Below, piece by piece: positions 8,993 to 19,274 of a DNA stretch of 64,000 nucleotides. The stretch lies in IMG/VR virus record IMGVR_UViG_3300018012_000099. One strand, 5' to 3'. The notes under the pieces are model-generated. The model was not told the DNA's origin. It did not search any database and was given only the letters and a program-made list of their open reading frames with translations. Each line of letters opens with the position of its first letter. The first letter of the stretch is position 1. The position numbers and the translations under genes were made by a program. Source of the DNA: a virus. Lineage: Duplodnaviria; Caudoviricetes.

Positions 8993-9829
8993 ATGCATTA
9001 TATTTATAGAATTACTAATACGGTTAATGGAAAAGTTTATATTGGTCAAACCAACAACCCACCCCTACGATGGTCGCAACACAAGTCTAATGCTAAATAT
9101 GATAGAGGACATCAAGTTATTACCCGAGCTATCACTAAATATGGAGCTAATGTTTTTGAGTTTGAGGTTATAGCTACTTGTCGCACACAAGATGATGTTG
9201 ATTTTGTTGAAGAGCAAGTAATACAGGAATACGATAGTCGTAATCCAGAAAAAGGATATAATGTAGATGTTGGCGGGAACACTTCGCCAAGAACACCAGA
9301 GATTGTAGCAAAAATATCTGCTGCATTAAAAGAACACTATCAGTATAATGAACATTTTCTTAAAGGAAAAATTCTTCCAGAAGAATGGAAAGAGAATATG
9401 TCCAAAGCTGCTATGGGTAAGCCCGGCACTAATACTGGAAAAACTTTTGATGATGAGTGGAAAAATAAAATCTCTAAATCACATGCCGGGAAAGAACAAA
9501 AATCAAGAAGACGATTTTCAGAAGAAATAGAAAAAGAGATATGTAGATTGTATACAATGGATAAATTATCTACTTACTCTTTAGGAAAGAAATTTGAAGT
9601 TCAAAGAACTACAATAGCAGACATTTTGAGAAGACACAACATAGAAACTAGGCAATCAAATTATACTGGTCATTCTAATAACTGTAATATATTTACTCTT
9701 GAACAGGAATTAGAAATATGCAGATTATATCAAGAGGGAAATATCTCTAGAACTGAATTATATAAAAGATTTGGTTGCGGTAAAACTACTATTAGAGATA
9801 TCTTGTTAAGACATAACATCAAACTATAA
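8993..9829 (+). CDS. GIY-YIG homing endonuclease with NUMOD3-like and HTH repeats
   Basis: YIYRITNTVNGKVYIGQT...RW.QH...GYN; C-terminal repeated EICRLY helical units; TATAAT and AGGAG upstream. Confidence 0.9.
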   Translation: MHYIYRITNTVNGKVYIGQTNNPPLRWSQHKSNAKYDRGHQVITRAITKYGANVFEFEVIATCRTQDDVDFVEEQVIQEYDSRNPEKGYNVDVGGNTSPRTPEIVAKISAALKEHYQYNEHFLKGKILPEEWKENMSKAAMGKPGTNTGKTFDDEWKNKISKSHAGKEQKSRRRFSEEIEKEICRLYTMDKLSTYSLGKKFEVQRTTIADILRRHNIETRQSNYTGHSNNCNIFTLEQELEICRLYQEGNISRTELYKRFGCGKTTIRDILLRHNIKL

Positions 9830-9839
9830 GGATGATTAT

Positions 9840-10295
9840 ATGACTAATAGTTATTATAAAAGAAAGAATAGATCAGATTCCTATCAGTGGGTTTTGCTCG
9901 AGACAGTTTGTTCCAACGACATGATGGAGGCTTTCTGCAACGAGGATAGCATTTATAATCGTTTGACCGGAGGTTTCGTATATGACGAGAGAATGTTGGA
10001 GTTGGAAGACCGACTCAAGAAAGAATTTTGGAGAGTGGTAGATACTCTATTAACACCAAGACAGAGAGAGGTGATTCGTCTGTATGCGGATGGTTATACT
10101 CAAATGGAAATCGCTAAGATGTTAAACGTGAACCAAAGTTCAATTACGAAAAGCCTAAATGGTAATGTCGACTATAAAAATGGGAAACGGGTTTATGGTG
10201 GGGCTAAGAAAAAAATTAAAAAGATTCTAGAACACGATGATGTAATTAAAGGCATACTTGATGAAATGGATGCTTTACGTGACGAAAAGTGGTAA
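9840..10295 (+). CDS. Sigma-70 region-4-like helix-turn-helix protein
   Basis: LLTPRQREVIRLYADGYTQMEIAKMLNVNQSSITKSL; no recognisable region 2. Confidence 0.75.
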   Translation: MTNSYYKRKNRSDSYQWVLLETVCSNDMMEAFCNEDSIYNRLTGGFVYDERMLELEDRLKKEFWRVVDTLLTPRQREVIRLYADGYTQMEIAKMLNVNQSSITKSLNGNVDYKNGKRVYGGAKKKIKKILEHDDVIKGILDEMDALRDEKW

Positions 10296-10425
10296 TTCGG
10301 AAAGTTCGTATCGATTTTGGACGTCCTGTGGTAATATTATGAAATTATCTATTAGTAGGCAGGCTACTAAAGTACAGAATATTATACCAATATTTATCTA
10401 TTTAAGATAGAGCACCTTCTGTACC

Positions 10426-10899
10426 ATGGGAGACATGATGTCGAAAAATACGATAGATTATTCAGCTTTAGCCCAACAACTTACCAAAAAAGCCTATAAA
10501 CTCGCTGATGTTAAAGATCAGATTGAGAGTGTGGCTTTTGATGTAGTTCGTTTCAAAGATGGTGATAAAGCTGCTCAACTTTGGGAAGTTCAAAGTGCTG
10601 ACGACGGTGACTATATTGTCGCCCTATATGAAGAGGGCGAAGAGGTTGCTAAGACCGCCAGTGAGTGGAGCGTAGTCATTACTAAGACCGCCGGTGTACT
10701 ACAGGTTTCCTACAAGGGAGATCCGTTGGTTCGTTTGCCATTTACTAAACTTGGCATTCCTCGCGACCAATTAGGTAAGGTTCCCCAATATTTACCAGAA
10801 AAACTAACTTCTAACAAGAAATTGGTGAAGGCTCTGCTCAACGAGCTATCTGCTGAAGCCAAGCACGAGGTATTGAAGAAATACCCAGAACTGGCATAA
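10426..10899 (+). CDS. Hypothetical head-cluster protein
   Basis: 157 aa (start may be ATG 10438 after GGGAG); motifs TKKAY, DKAAQ, AKTAS, TKTAG. Confidence 0.75.
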   Translation: MGDMMSKNTIDYSALAQQLTKKAYKLADVKDQIESVAFDVVRFKDGDKAAQLWEVQSADDGDYIVALYEEGEEVAKTASEWSVVITKTAGVLQVSYKGDPLVRLPFTKLGIPRDQLGKVPQYLPEKLTSNKKLVKALLNELSAEAKHEVLKKYPELA

Positions 10900-10915
10900 C
10901 GGAATAGGTGTATAA

Positions 10916-12526
10916 ATGAGTCTCGACAAAATTCAACAACTAATCAGTAATTTGGCAAAATCTGTAGAGAATAACGAAAAGTTAGCCACTCCGATCTTGG
11001 CTGCCAAATTAGCCAAGTGTGTTGTCGCCCACCCTCATGATCAAACTATCGGTATGATAGCCAGAGTTGTGAAGGATATGGCTGACAAAAACACACTTTT
11101 CATCCGTAAAGCCGAATTCAAAGACTTGGCCAGAAGATTTCATTCTCGTAATAGCAAATTTGCTGAGCTATTTGAAGAAGAGCTGGGCGAGACTGCACCA
11201 GAACCAAACGTTACTACTTTTCCGCGTGATGAGGCTGTTCAAGCTAATCCATATCATGTCGGTGACCAAGTGCTAGCTAATGCGTTAGAAAGCGCTTTTG
11301 ATAAACACCTTCCGCTGAAGATGTACTCTCAACCAGTAGCCGATAAGGCACTGAAATCCGTGGGTAATACTCTGGAAGCTTGGAACTTATCTCCTACTGC
11401 CCTAACTGTCAGTGCTGGCAGCGATAAGTTTATTGTCATTAAGGCTGATTATGAAACTCCAAAGGGTGTCACTAGCTTCTTTGTTCCCGTTGAGGTTCAT
11501 GGTAAGGATATTGTCGAAGCATCCGTCTTCATGGGTAATGCTGGTCCACAAGAGTTGAATCATACCACTATCAAGGCTTATCTTACTACTTTGGCTGGTT
11601 CCAAACTCAAGGTAGATGCTGTCAGCATTCTCGGTGTTTTGACCAAGGCTGCTTCCGAGCATCGTGAAGTTAGCGATGCTGAATTGGCTTTGACTCGTTT
11701 GACCGCTAAGCGTCAGGGCAAGTCCGAATTTTTCGAGGGCTCCGTCGTGGGCCAAAAGATGGCTGAGGCATCTCGTAAAGATGTTCAGCTACCACAATTG
11801 GAAGAATCTAAGACTTTTGAAGAGAAGTTCAATACCGTTCAAGGTTTAGCTGCATGGCAGTTCGGTACTGATAAAATCAATACTGCTAGAAACCACATCG
11901 TTCGTGAATTGGCTACTTTTGGTCATAAGAATCCACAAGTTGTAGTGACTGGTCATGACGACCACACTCTCTTCTTCGGTGTTTCTATAGATACCGGTAA
12001 GGTGGCTTTCACGGTCCCAGTAAAGGTTGCAGACGGAAAGTTAGTCAAGCCAACAGTCATGTTGTGCAACGGTTCGGTTTCTTTCTTCAGTCAGGCTGGT
12101 GTTAACCAATTTGTAACAGAGAGACGTATCGACAATAAGGTAGCTGCCGCCGCTTCTACTATGTCGGCTCTCAAGCCAAGTGAAGTTATTGCTAATTTGC
12201 GTCAAGCAGTTGCTGAAGCTAATTTTGAAAAAGCAGAAGACGCACTTAATGTGTTGGCTAACTCCGGCGATACTAAGGCTTACGCTACCGCATTCCAAAT
12301 CTACATGCACGGACTAGCTGGTCACACGCCAACCGAATCCAAGTGCAGACACGTTGTCAAGAGTGCCAAGACCACTGTTAGCGAGTTCCCAATTTGCGCC
12401 CAGACTGGCTTGCCAACCAACAAGGTATACCAAGACAAGGATGGTAACTGCCGTCCATTGTTCAGAAAAGATATGAGCGAAACCTACGAAGGTGCGGTTT
12501 TCAATAACGCCAAAATCTTCGGATAA
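10916..12526 (+). CDS. Hypothetical head-cluster protein with an internal repeat
   Basis: 536 aa, biased codons; two similar beta units (TSFFVPVEVHG / VAFTVPVKVADG). Confidence 0.8.
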   Translation: MSLDKIQQLISNLAKSVENNEKLATPILAAKLAKCVVAHPHDQTIGMIARVVKDMADKNTLFIRKAEFKDLARRFHSRNSKFAELFEEELGETAPEPNVTTFPRDEAVQANPYHVGDQVLANALESAFDKHLPLKMYSQPVADKALKSVGNTLEAWNLSPTALTVSAGSDKFIVIKADYETPKGVTSFFVPVEVHGKDIVEASVFMGNAGPQELNHTTIKAYLTTLAGSKLKVDAVSILGVLTKAASEHREVSDAELALTRLTAKRQGKSEFFEGSVVGQKMAEASRKDVQLPQLEESKTFEEKFNTVQGLAAWQFGTDKINTARNHIVRELATFGHKNPQVVVTGHDDHTLFFGVSIDTGKVAFTVPVKVADGKLVKPTVMLCNGSVSFFSQAGVNQFVTERRIDNKVAAAASTMSALKPSEVIANLRQAVAEANFEKAEDALNVLANSGDTKAYATAFQIYMHGLAGHTPTESKCRHVVKSAKTTVSEFPICAQTGLPTNKVYQDKDGNCRPLFRKDMSETYEGAVFNNAKIFG

Positions 12527-12529
12527 TTC

Positions 12530-13336
12530 ATGCAAAAGGTAGTCCGACTGGCCCAGCTCTTGGAATTAAAGTACGGGCTTCAGTCCAAGGCTGCTAACAT
12601 ATCAGAAGATCGAATAATCGCGGAAGTCAAGCGTGATGTGCTTGATGCTTTCCGTAATTACTTTTCGCGTTCTGCTAGGGACTCTATGTTCCAATATGCG
12701 GCTGACCTGGGTGAGGCTCAGTCTTCGGAACTAGTGTACAAGATGGATAAGCTTGTCAAAGATCTTGACAAGCTTAAGCCACAGAAATTGATGGAAGCGC
12801 TTAACGATGTCATCGGGTTGATATACCAAATGAAGCAAGACCCAACTAGAGCGGTTCGTAATGTCATTCATGATAGCGTACCGGGAGGTACGGAATCGCA
12901 GCGTAATACTCGTCAACGTTTATTGACCAAATATGAACGCTCTATGTCCATGGCATTTCCAGCTTTACAAAGGGCTGCGATTAAATTGCAAGTAATAGTA
13001 CCAAATGTGGCAATTCACGAAGGCAAGATATCTCGTGAACGTAGCGAATTATCTAAGCAGCAGTTAATCGATTTTATTATAGCTACCCCAACTTTCAAGA
13101 CCTACGGCGTTGATTCGTTGGATGTCATGGAAGAATTCCTTTCTGATCCAGAGATGAGGCAGCGCCTTATTACTTTGATTAACGCTGTCAAGAGAGGGCA
13201 CATTCCATTGGACGGCTCTCAAGTACAAGAGTTTGCTCGTCAAGTCAAACAGCTGCATAACCAAAGAAAACAAACTAACCTTCCTCAATTGGAAGAATCA
13301 GAACCGCCACCTCAGCCGGAAGCGGGAGAGGAATAA
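12530..13336 (+). CDS. Hypothetical head-cluster protein
   Basis: 268 aa; N-terminus VVRLAQLLE..YGLQSKAA resembles those of the 27723 and 46254 proteins. Confidence 0.75.
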   Translation: MQKVVRLAQLLELKYGLQSKAANISEDRIIAEVKRDVLDAFRNYFSRSARDSMFQYAADLGEAQSSELVYKMDKLVKDLDKLKPQKLMEALNDVIGLIYQMKQDPTRAVRNVIHDSVPGGTESQRNTRQRLLTKYERSMSMAFPALQRAAIKLQVIVPNVAIHEGKISRERSELSKQQLIDFIIATPTFKTYGVDSLDVMEEFLSDPEMRQRLITLINAVKRGHIPLDGSQVQEFARQVKQLHNQRKQTNLPQLEESEPPPQPEAGEE

Positions 13337-13366
13337 TCTGGTATTCTGTATCATACGGGAGAAACT

Positions 13367-14083
13367 ATGAGAATTTCTGAAATGTTGAACGCAATGGCTG
13401 CTTGGTTGGAAAGCCCGACTAACGAAGCCCTATTACTTGCAGAAGAAGACGAACAATGCCTCAAGGTCGTGGCTGAATCCTGCGTCCTAGCCGCCGCTTT
13501 ATTGAAAAAAGCTGCGGATGAAGTAGATGTATTGGAGCCATCCGAACCATCGAAAATCACTCCAGAATCGGTACAAGAGTTAGCTAATTTGGCTACTGCC
13601 CTCGATTCTTCTGACGATCCACAACTCAAGAAGCAGGCTTCTGTATTGGATGAATTGCTCTTGACTATTGCTGCGCCCCCAGGTGCGCTCGCGGAAAAGA
13701 AAGCTGCCGATGATTATCGCATCGAAGAATTACGCAAGAAATATGAGGAACCTCGTAAGGAACTGCATGCTCTCGATAAGACTTCTGATTCCCTCAAGGC
13801 TATCGACAAAAGCAACATGACCAAGCAATACAAGATTTTGGAAGCTCCCCTTAGTACAAGAACATGTCCAGATCATCCGGGAGCACAAATGTCTAGGGTA
13901 GGAGAGCATGTTTTTCAATGTGAGTTAGATAAAAAAACATACAATTACGAATCCGGATATGAGCTACAAAATGGAGAAAAAGTTCCAGGTGGGGATGTCG
14001 CAAATCAGACACAAGGTTTGAGCACTCCTTTTCATGCCATATTTGACGATCGCCAGGGACGTTTGGGATACAATCGTGCGTAA
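13367..14083 (+). CDS. Hypothetical head-cluster protein with helical-hairpin module and C-terminal Zn-ribbon-like motif
   Basis: 238 aa; LKKAAD, LKKQAS, EKKAADD; CPDH...C motif. Confidence 0.75.
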   Translation: MRISEMLNAMAAWLESPTNEALLLAEEDEQCLKVVAESCVLAAALLKKAADEVDVLEPSEPSKITPESVQELANLATALDSSDDPQLKKQASVLDELLLTIAAPPGALAEKKAADDYRIEELRKKYEEPRKELHALDKTSDSLKAIDKSNMTKQYKILEAPLSTRTCPDHPGAQMSRVGEHVFQCELDKKTYNYESGYELQNGEKVPGGDVANQTQGLSTPFHAIFDDRQGRLGYNRA

Positions 14084-14103
14084 TCGTTGATATATTTGTG
14101 GTT

Positions 14104-14829
14104 ATGAGCCAAAAGCGCATTCAATGGAATACTCAATTATTTGTGGAACGGTCCGCCGTCATCCACAATGGCAAGTATAAATATCCAGAAACATATATTA
14201 ATGCATTGACACCGATTGTAATTGAGTGTCCTATACATGGTCATTTTAAGCAGCAGCCACGACACCATTTAAACGGTCGTGGATGTCCAACATGTTTCCA
14301 TGAAAAATCAAGAAGTACTATCGATGATTTTGTTGAAAAAGCAAATGAAATTCATAATGGAAAATATACCTATCCTTGCAATTACATCAATTCTCGTACG
14401 TTAATAACTATTAGCTGTCCAATACATGGTTTGTTTGAGCAGAAGCCGCCTGTACATTTGGAAGGAAAGGGGTGTCCTTCTTGCGGAGATATTGCGAGAA
14501 GCGAATTTATTATGCCAATTATTTCTAAAATGGAAATAGACTGGCTCGATTCTCTTGGAATACCGCAAGAATATCGTCAGGCATCGCTTAAAATTGGTAG
14601 GAAAATAATCAAGGCGGATGCTTTTGTCCCGCCTACTAATACAGTTTATGAATTTTACGGTGACTATTGGCATGGCAACCCATTAAAATTTTCTTCTCAT
14701 TCTATAAATTCTGTTAAGGATAAGACATTTGGTGAGTTGTACCAGGCTACCCTTGCTCGCGAGCAGCTTATTGTTCAGGCTGGCTATAAAATCATATCTA
14801 TATGGGAATTAGACTGGAATAACCAATGA
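14104..14829 (+). CDS. Homing-endonuclease-like protein (repeated CPIHG zinc units plus Vsr/PD-(D/E)XK-like nuclease)
   Basis: Two YxYP...I.CPIHG.F.Q.P..HL.GxGCPxC units; KADAFVP..NTVYEFYGDYWHG...IWE. Confidence 0.8.
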   Translation: MSQKRIQWNTQLFVERSAVIHNGKYKYPETYINALTPIVIECPIHGHFKQQPRHHLNGRGCPTCFHEKSRSTIDDFVEKANEIHNGKYTYPCNYINSRTLITISCPIHGLFEQKPPVHLEGKGCPSCGDIARSEFIMPIISKMEIDWLDSLGIPQEYRQASLKIGRKIIKADAFVPPTNTVYEFYGDYWHGNPLKFSSHSINSVKDKTFGELYQATLAREQLIVQAGYKIISIWELDWNNQ

Positions 14830-15581
14830 ACAAGAATGCACTTAAAAAAGTTTTAGAGCATCCCGATCGTGACGAAATTATTGCTAAACTAGTATTGGAT
14901 GTTTCTCCTAAGGATATCAATGAATGGTTAGTCAGCAAATATACTAATGTTAGTGAAACAAAGTTCGTTATTGCTGAAAAGTCTATCAAGACTTTTAAAG
15001 ATAACTATCTGGATGTCTATTCTTTGATTCAAGAAGATATGGCCAAGACCAAGCAAGCTGTGGCAACTTCTACCGAAAACCAGCTTGAATTAGCTGTTCG
15101 TAATAATTCCACTTATCGTAGTAAGATGTTAGAATTAGCTGGTAAAGAAATAGATGTGCGCCAGATGGTGGCTCAGCTGTGTGTGGCTATTGAGACTCGT
15201 GTGGCTCAAGTATTTGATGAAATTCAAGAAAATCCTCGAGATATAAATACTAAAGTTGATCGTCTCTTGATTGATTACGCAGAGGTGTTGGGTAACATAC
15301 TAGAAAAGTATTATAAATTCACTGAAAGTCCATCCGAGATTTCTATTCAGAATAACGTGACACTTCAATTTATGGATCAGCATATTTTGGTATTGCAAGA
15401 GGCAGTTCGCGAAGTTTTATCCGAAATGGATCTAGAGAGTTCTATGCTTTTTATCGAACGTATTCAGATTAAAATGGCTAAGCTTAAGGCACCAGAGAAG
15501 GAAGTTATACCCAATACTGAGATCAGATTAGCGGAGGCTAAGCTGCTTAATGAAACTATTAACAAAAAGTTAAACGAGTAA
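14826..15581 (+). CDS. Hypothetical protein, candidate terminase small subunit
   Basis: N-terminal HTH-like HPDRDEIIAKL..SPKDINEWL followed by a long coiled region; the TerS call is only an inference. Confidence 0.5.
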   Translation: MNKNALKKVLEHPDRDEIIAKLVLDVSPKDINEWLVSKYTNVSETKFVIAEKSIKTFKDNYLDVYSLIQEDMAKTKQAVATSTENQLELAVRNNSTYRSKMLELAGKEIDVRQMVAQLCVAIETRVAQVFDEIQENPRDINTKVDRLLIDYAEVLGNILEKYYKFTESPSEISIQNNVTLQFMDQHILVLQEAVREVLSEMDLESSMLFIERIQIKMAKLKAPEKEVIPNTEIRLAEAKLLNETINKKLNE

Positions 15582-15582
15582 T

Positions 15583-17475
15583 ATGTCAAAAGAAAAGAAG
15601 CCTATCAGAGACCCGCATTCCAAGAGCACGTTACGTGATATCGTAATGAAGCCTAGTAGTGGCGTGTTTGATATGGCAGGGATTGAAAACCCAAATGAGT
15701 TAAATGAAAAAATCAAGAGGCTCATCAAGTTTTTTGAAGAGTATGGTATTGATTATAATAAGTTAGACGAAGAAAATGTTACCAAGATTGCTTATCCTAA
15801 CTATGATCAATATATGCACATTCCTGGTCAACATAATTTGAAGAGATGGTTAGAAACAATTAGAAATATTTATGTTAGTGAGAAAAGTGGGCTAGATCGT
15901 GCTAATGCTGTTCGTCAAGCGACCACTGGTTGGAATTTAATGGAAACTTATGATTTCTTGAATTGGATGAAGTTCTATCAAGAAGGAGCTCACTTGAAAT
16001 ACAAAACAGCACAACTTTGGTATGAAAATGGTCAGCCAGGTTACTTTTTACAGATCAAACCAGATCCTACTAAACCAGAAGAGTCTGTAGTAGATCATCA
16101 TGCTATTCGTGATACACAAGAAGACATCGAACGTCAGGAAGATAGGAAGCGTATCATTGAGAAGCAACGTCAAAAGATTATCGGTCGTTTAGATTCTGCT
16201 GAAAAGTTATTACGCTCTCCTGAAGGACAAATGTTTGCTGGTCCTGAATTAGAAAATCTTATGGAAGCTATTTATAGTTTGAAAAAGAGAGTGCAGTTAG
16301 TCAATAAACTCAGCACTTCTACTCGTTTGTATGAAGATATGATTGTGCGCGAAGGTAATGTTTTACGTCGTAAGGGTTTTATCAAAGCTGCCGAAGTACT
16401 ATATTCGGTAGCTCAAGCTAATAATCCACCTCCTCCAGGTATTGGTAAACCGGGACCTATTGAAGCATTACCGCAACCAGTTCCACCAGATGATCCATCT
16501 GGCGCTGGACATCCCGGTCTTCCCGGTACACTTCCATCTTTGGGACCGGGTATGCCACAAGCTCCTAAGAGCCCACCTTCTACTAGCGAGACACAACCAG
16601 TCGACTTGAAGCCAGTTCCAGTACCAGATGGCACTATCGCTCAAGGACCGCCTTCTCCTATGCCTGAAAGTGTGCCCAAAGGAATCGCAGAATTTCTTGA
16701 TCAGACCGAGACAGGCGGCAAGACTACCCCTGAGGAATTGGGCGCAGAGGACAATCTAGAAGTGCAGGACACTTTGGAAGTCGAAGATGATCAATTAATG
16801 GTAACAGAAGCTCAAATGGCACCACCAGGTCCAGTAGCAGAGGATGTTCCAATGACCACGGCTCCCCGTCGTCTAAAGCCGTCTGTTTCACCGCCAGTCG
16901 CGGAGAAACTACTTGAAGTGACTGAAGATACTCCTCCAGCCAATGAAGCCGGGGTGGAACAAGCTGCCCCCGCAGCTAAGGATTTCGATCGTATTATCGA
17001 TTCTGCTCTAGCCAATGTGACTGTCAATGATGTGGTAGCTAAACTGGAAGATATTGCCAAAATTTTCAAGACTAGAGAAATTCCTCGTCAATTAGCCATG
17101 GTAGATATGATGTTAGATAGTTTAAATTTGGCCTCTATGTTTCCTACTCTTTCCGAAGCCATCAATAAATCTCTCGAATCTAATAACTATGTCTCTACTC
17201 GTTTGGATGATATTATTGCTAGACTACGTGGAGCCATGGTTAGTAAAGAAGTGGATCTCAAGGGAGGTAGCAATGCTCCTCGCGCTGGCAGTGTAGCCAA
17301 AAATTTACAAGATCAAGCCGATAAAGATGAAGCTCGTAAGAAGATGAGAAAAGACCAAGAGACCGCTGAACTAGAAGGTGGCGCTAAACCATCTCCTCAA
17401 GTAGAAATTGGCGAAGACCTAGGTGCTCAACCTCCAGCCGCTCCGGCTCCACCACCTCCACGCCCAGTAGGCTAA
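15583..17475 (+). CDS. Large hypothetical head-cluster protein with Pro-rich and acidic linkers
   Basis: 630 aa; TKIAY, YKTAQ, SVAQ then a Pro-rich tract; helical-hairpin module at ~16336-16416. Confidence 0.8.
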   Translation: MSKEKKPIRDPHSKSTLRDIVMKPSSGVFDMAGIENPNELNEKIKRLIKFFEEYGIDYNKLDEENVTKIAYPNYDQYMHIPGQHNLKRWLETIRNIYVSEKSGLDRANAVRQATTGWNLMETYDFLNWMKFYQEGAHLKYKTAQLWYENGQPGYFLQIKPDPTKPEESVVDHHAIRDTQEDIERQEDRKRIIEKQRQKIIGRLDSAEKLLRSPEGQMFAGPELENLMEAIYSLKKRVQLVNKLSTSTRLYEDMIVREGNVLRRKGFIKAAEVLYSVAQANNPPPPGIGKPGPIEALPQPVPPDDPSGAGHPGLPGTLPSLGPGMPQAPKSPPSTSETQPVDLKPVPVPDGTIAQGPPSPMPESVPKGIAEFLDQTETGGKTTPEELGAEDNLEVQDTLEVEDDQLMVTEAQMAPPGPVAEDVPMTTAPRRLKPSVSPPVAEKLLEVTEDTPPANEAGVEQAAPAAKDFDRIIDSALANVTVNDVVAKLEDIAKIFKTREIPRQLAMVDMMLDSLNLASMFPTLSEAINKSLESNNYVSTRLDDIIARLRGAMVSKEVDLKGGSNAPRAGSVAKNLQDQADKDEARKKMRKDQETAELEGGAKPSPQVEIGEDLGAQPPAAPAPPPPRPVG

Positions 17476-17489
17476 ATCAAAGCAAATGA

Positions 17490-19208
17490 ATGAAACTACG
17501 CGAACTACTTCAACAATTAGTGGCAGTTCAAAAAGCGATAGGCGCCTCCACGCCCTATATCACTGGAGGAACACCTCGCGATAAGTTTATGAATCGATTA
17601 GATAATGTAGCCGATATTGATATCACCACTGGTGATAAAACGGTAGATTATCTGTCGCAAGAATTTGCTATTCAATTACGTAAGAAATACAACGTCACCC
17701 GAAAGACTATGGACGATGGACATAGTACTATCTTCATTGGTAATTTGAAGGTAGATTTCTCTTCTAATTTCATTGTTAATGATATAGAATCTTATTTACA
17801 AAAAATGGGAATTACTAATCCCACCGATCTACAAAAAGAAATGTTTAGTAGGGATTTTACTTGTAATACACTTTTACTAACTGTAGATTTAAAAAAGCTA
17901 TTAGATCCGACCAAGCGCGGTTTTCGTGACATTAGGGAGAAGAAAATAAAGACTTGTCTTGCTCCAGAAATTACATTAACCTCTAATAGAAATAGGGTGA
18001 TTAGATCTGTCTATTTAGCTTGCAAGTTGGGTTTTGAAGTGGATAAATCTATTATCGATTTTGTGCGCCAAAATCCACAGACAGTTAAAATCTCCACTGA
18101 AAAGGTAATGAATGAGAAATTGAATCAAGCTTTCGAAAAAGATGGAGATAAAGCCGCTAAACTCATCACGGAAATGGGTTTATGGAGTCTAATTCCTATC
18201 ACCGAGAAAGTTTACCCTTACTATATGAAACAAATTAAAGGAAGTGTAAAAGCTCGTGCCGCTCTCTTCAATCGAATTGTTAAACAAGCTGACGATGAGA
18301 ATGACGGACCTAATTTCGATTACGGTAAAGGGTTGTATTCCAATATGGGTAAATACAAGAGTGTTAAAGATTTCGAAGAGCATGCCGACAAAGGTCCGAG
18401 CGCTTTCTTTGCTGATGACAATGAAGATCATATGATGCCGCCCAAAGAACATGGAACCAAAATCTATGATTGGAAGAATAGTCCGTATCAAGGTACGCCA
18501 AAAAAACCAATCAAGGACAAGCATAAGTCCGATGATAATGACTTGGGCACCGGCTTCTACGAAAACTTGGAACACTATCAAAGTGTTAGAGATTTCATCG
18601 AGCATACTCCATTAGGACGCGACCACGGTGCTAAAATAAAGCCAGAATGGGCGCGAGCTAAGGACGTCAATCATATCGATTTCCCGGTAGACGAAGATAT
18701 CAATCATGACAGCCTGATTAGACCGGAAGAAGGTCAGTATCAGCCACCCAGACTAGTGGGTCCGTCTGGCACTGATGATCGAACCGTGCAACCTAGCGAT
18801 ACCGGTTTTGATAGCCCACAAATCGAATTTACCTCTCCACAAATTGCTGGCGAGCATAGCTATACACCATTGGACGATTTCGATGGTAGGTCTAGTGATG
18901 CCCTCAATTTTGGTCGAGATTATGATGACGAATCTGCTCCTGTGGGTCGTACCTGGGATGAAGCTTTCGTCGATGATTTAGAAGCCGAGGTGCGGGAAAA
19001 GGAATGGGATTTAGATAGGTTAGCAGCTAAATATGACAATTTAGACGACATGGATATGTTATCTCCTGCCGAAACTGAAATCTATGGATTACCGGATGGA
19101 GTAGATCCGGAAGCTAAAGATGGTGCTCAAACTATCCAAACTGAAAACCCTTTTACAAATACTCTTGATATGGGTCGTCAAATGTATGAAGATAAGTGGA
19201 ACATTTAA
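17490..19208 (+). CDS. Divergent CCA-adding/poly(A) polymerase-family nucleotidyltransferase with a long acidic C-terminal extension
   Basis: YITGGTPRD..DIDITT (GGxxRD, DxD), SRDFTCN; EDxxR replaced by SNRNR; extension begins at IVKQADDE. Confidence 0.85.
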   Translation: MKLRELLQQLVAVQKAIGASTPYITGGTPRDKFMNRLDNVADIDITTGDKTVDYLSQEFAIQLRKKYNVTRKTMDDGHSTIFIGNLKVDFSSNFIVNDIESYLQKMGITNPTDLQKEMFSRDFTCNTLLLTVDLKKLLDPTKRGFRDIREKKIKTCLAPEITLTSNRNRVIRSVYLACKLGFEVDKSIIDFVRQNPQTVKISTEKVMNEKLNQAFEKDGDKAAKLITEMGLWSLIPITEKVYPYYMKQIKGSVKARAALFNRIVKQADDENDGPNFDYGKGLYSNMGKYKSVKDFEEHADKGPSAFFADDNEDHMMPPKEHGTKIYDWKNSPYQGTPKKPIKDKHKSDDNDLGTGFYENLEHYQSVRDFIEHTPLGRDHGAKIKPEWARAKDVNHIDFPVDEDINHDSLIRPEEGQYQPPRLVGPSGTDDRTVQPSDTGFDSPQIEFTSPQIAGEHSYTPLDDFDGRSSDALNFGRDYDDESAPVGRTWDEAFVDDLEAEVREKEWDLDRLAAKYDNLDDMDMLSPAETEIYGLPDGVDPEAKDGAQTIQTENPFTNTLDMGRQMYEDKWNI

Positions 19209-19225
19209 AACCAACGATTATTATG

Positions 19226-19240
19226 GCATACAAATGCATA
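19226..19240 (+). promoter_or_regulatory. Candidate late promoter GCATA-N5-GCATA
   Basis: Instance of the ATW-N6-YAT intergenic motif; second half continues as CATATAAT. Confidence 0.5.
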
Positions 19241-19274
19241 TAATCATATCCAAAAACAGTCTAGAGGTATCTAC

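Noticed and set aside
13850-14083. Possible recoded 3' end of the 13367 gene next to the Vsr-like endonuclease (GGA-rich)
   Set aside because: The upstream part of the gene is not strongly codon-biased, so the contrast is too weak to call by eye
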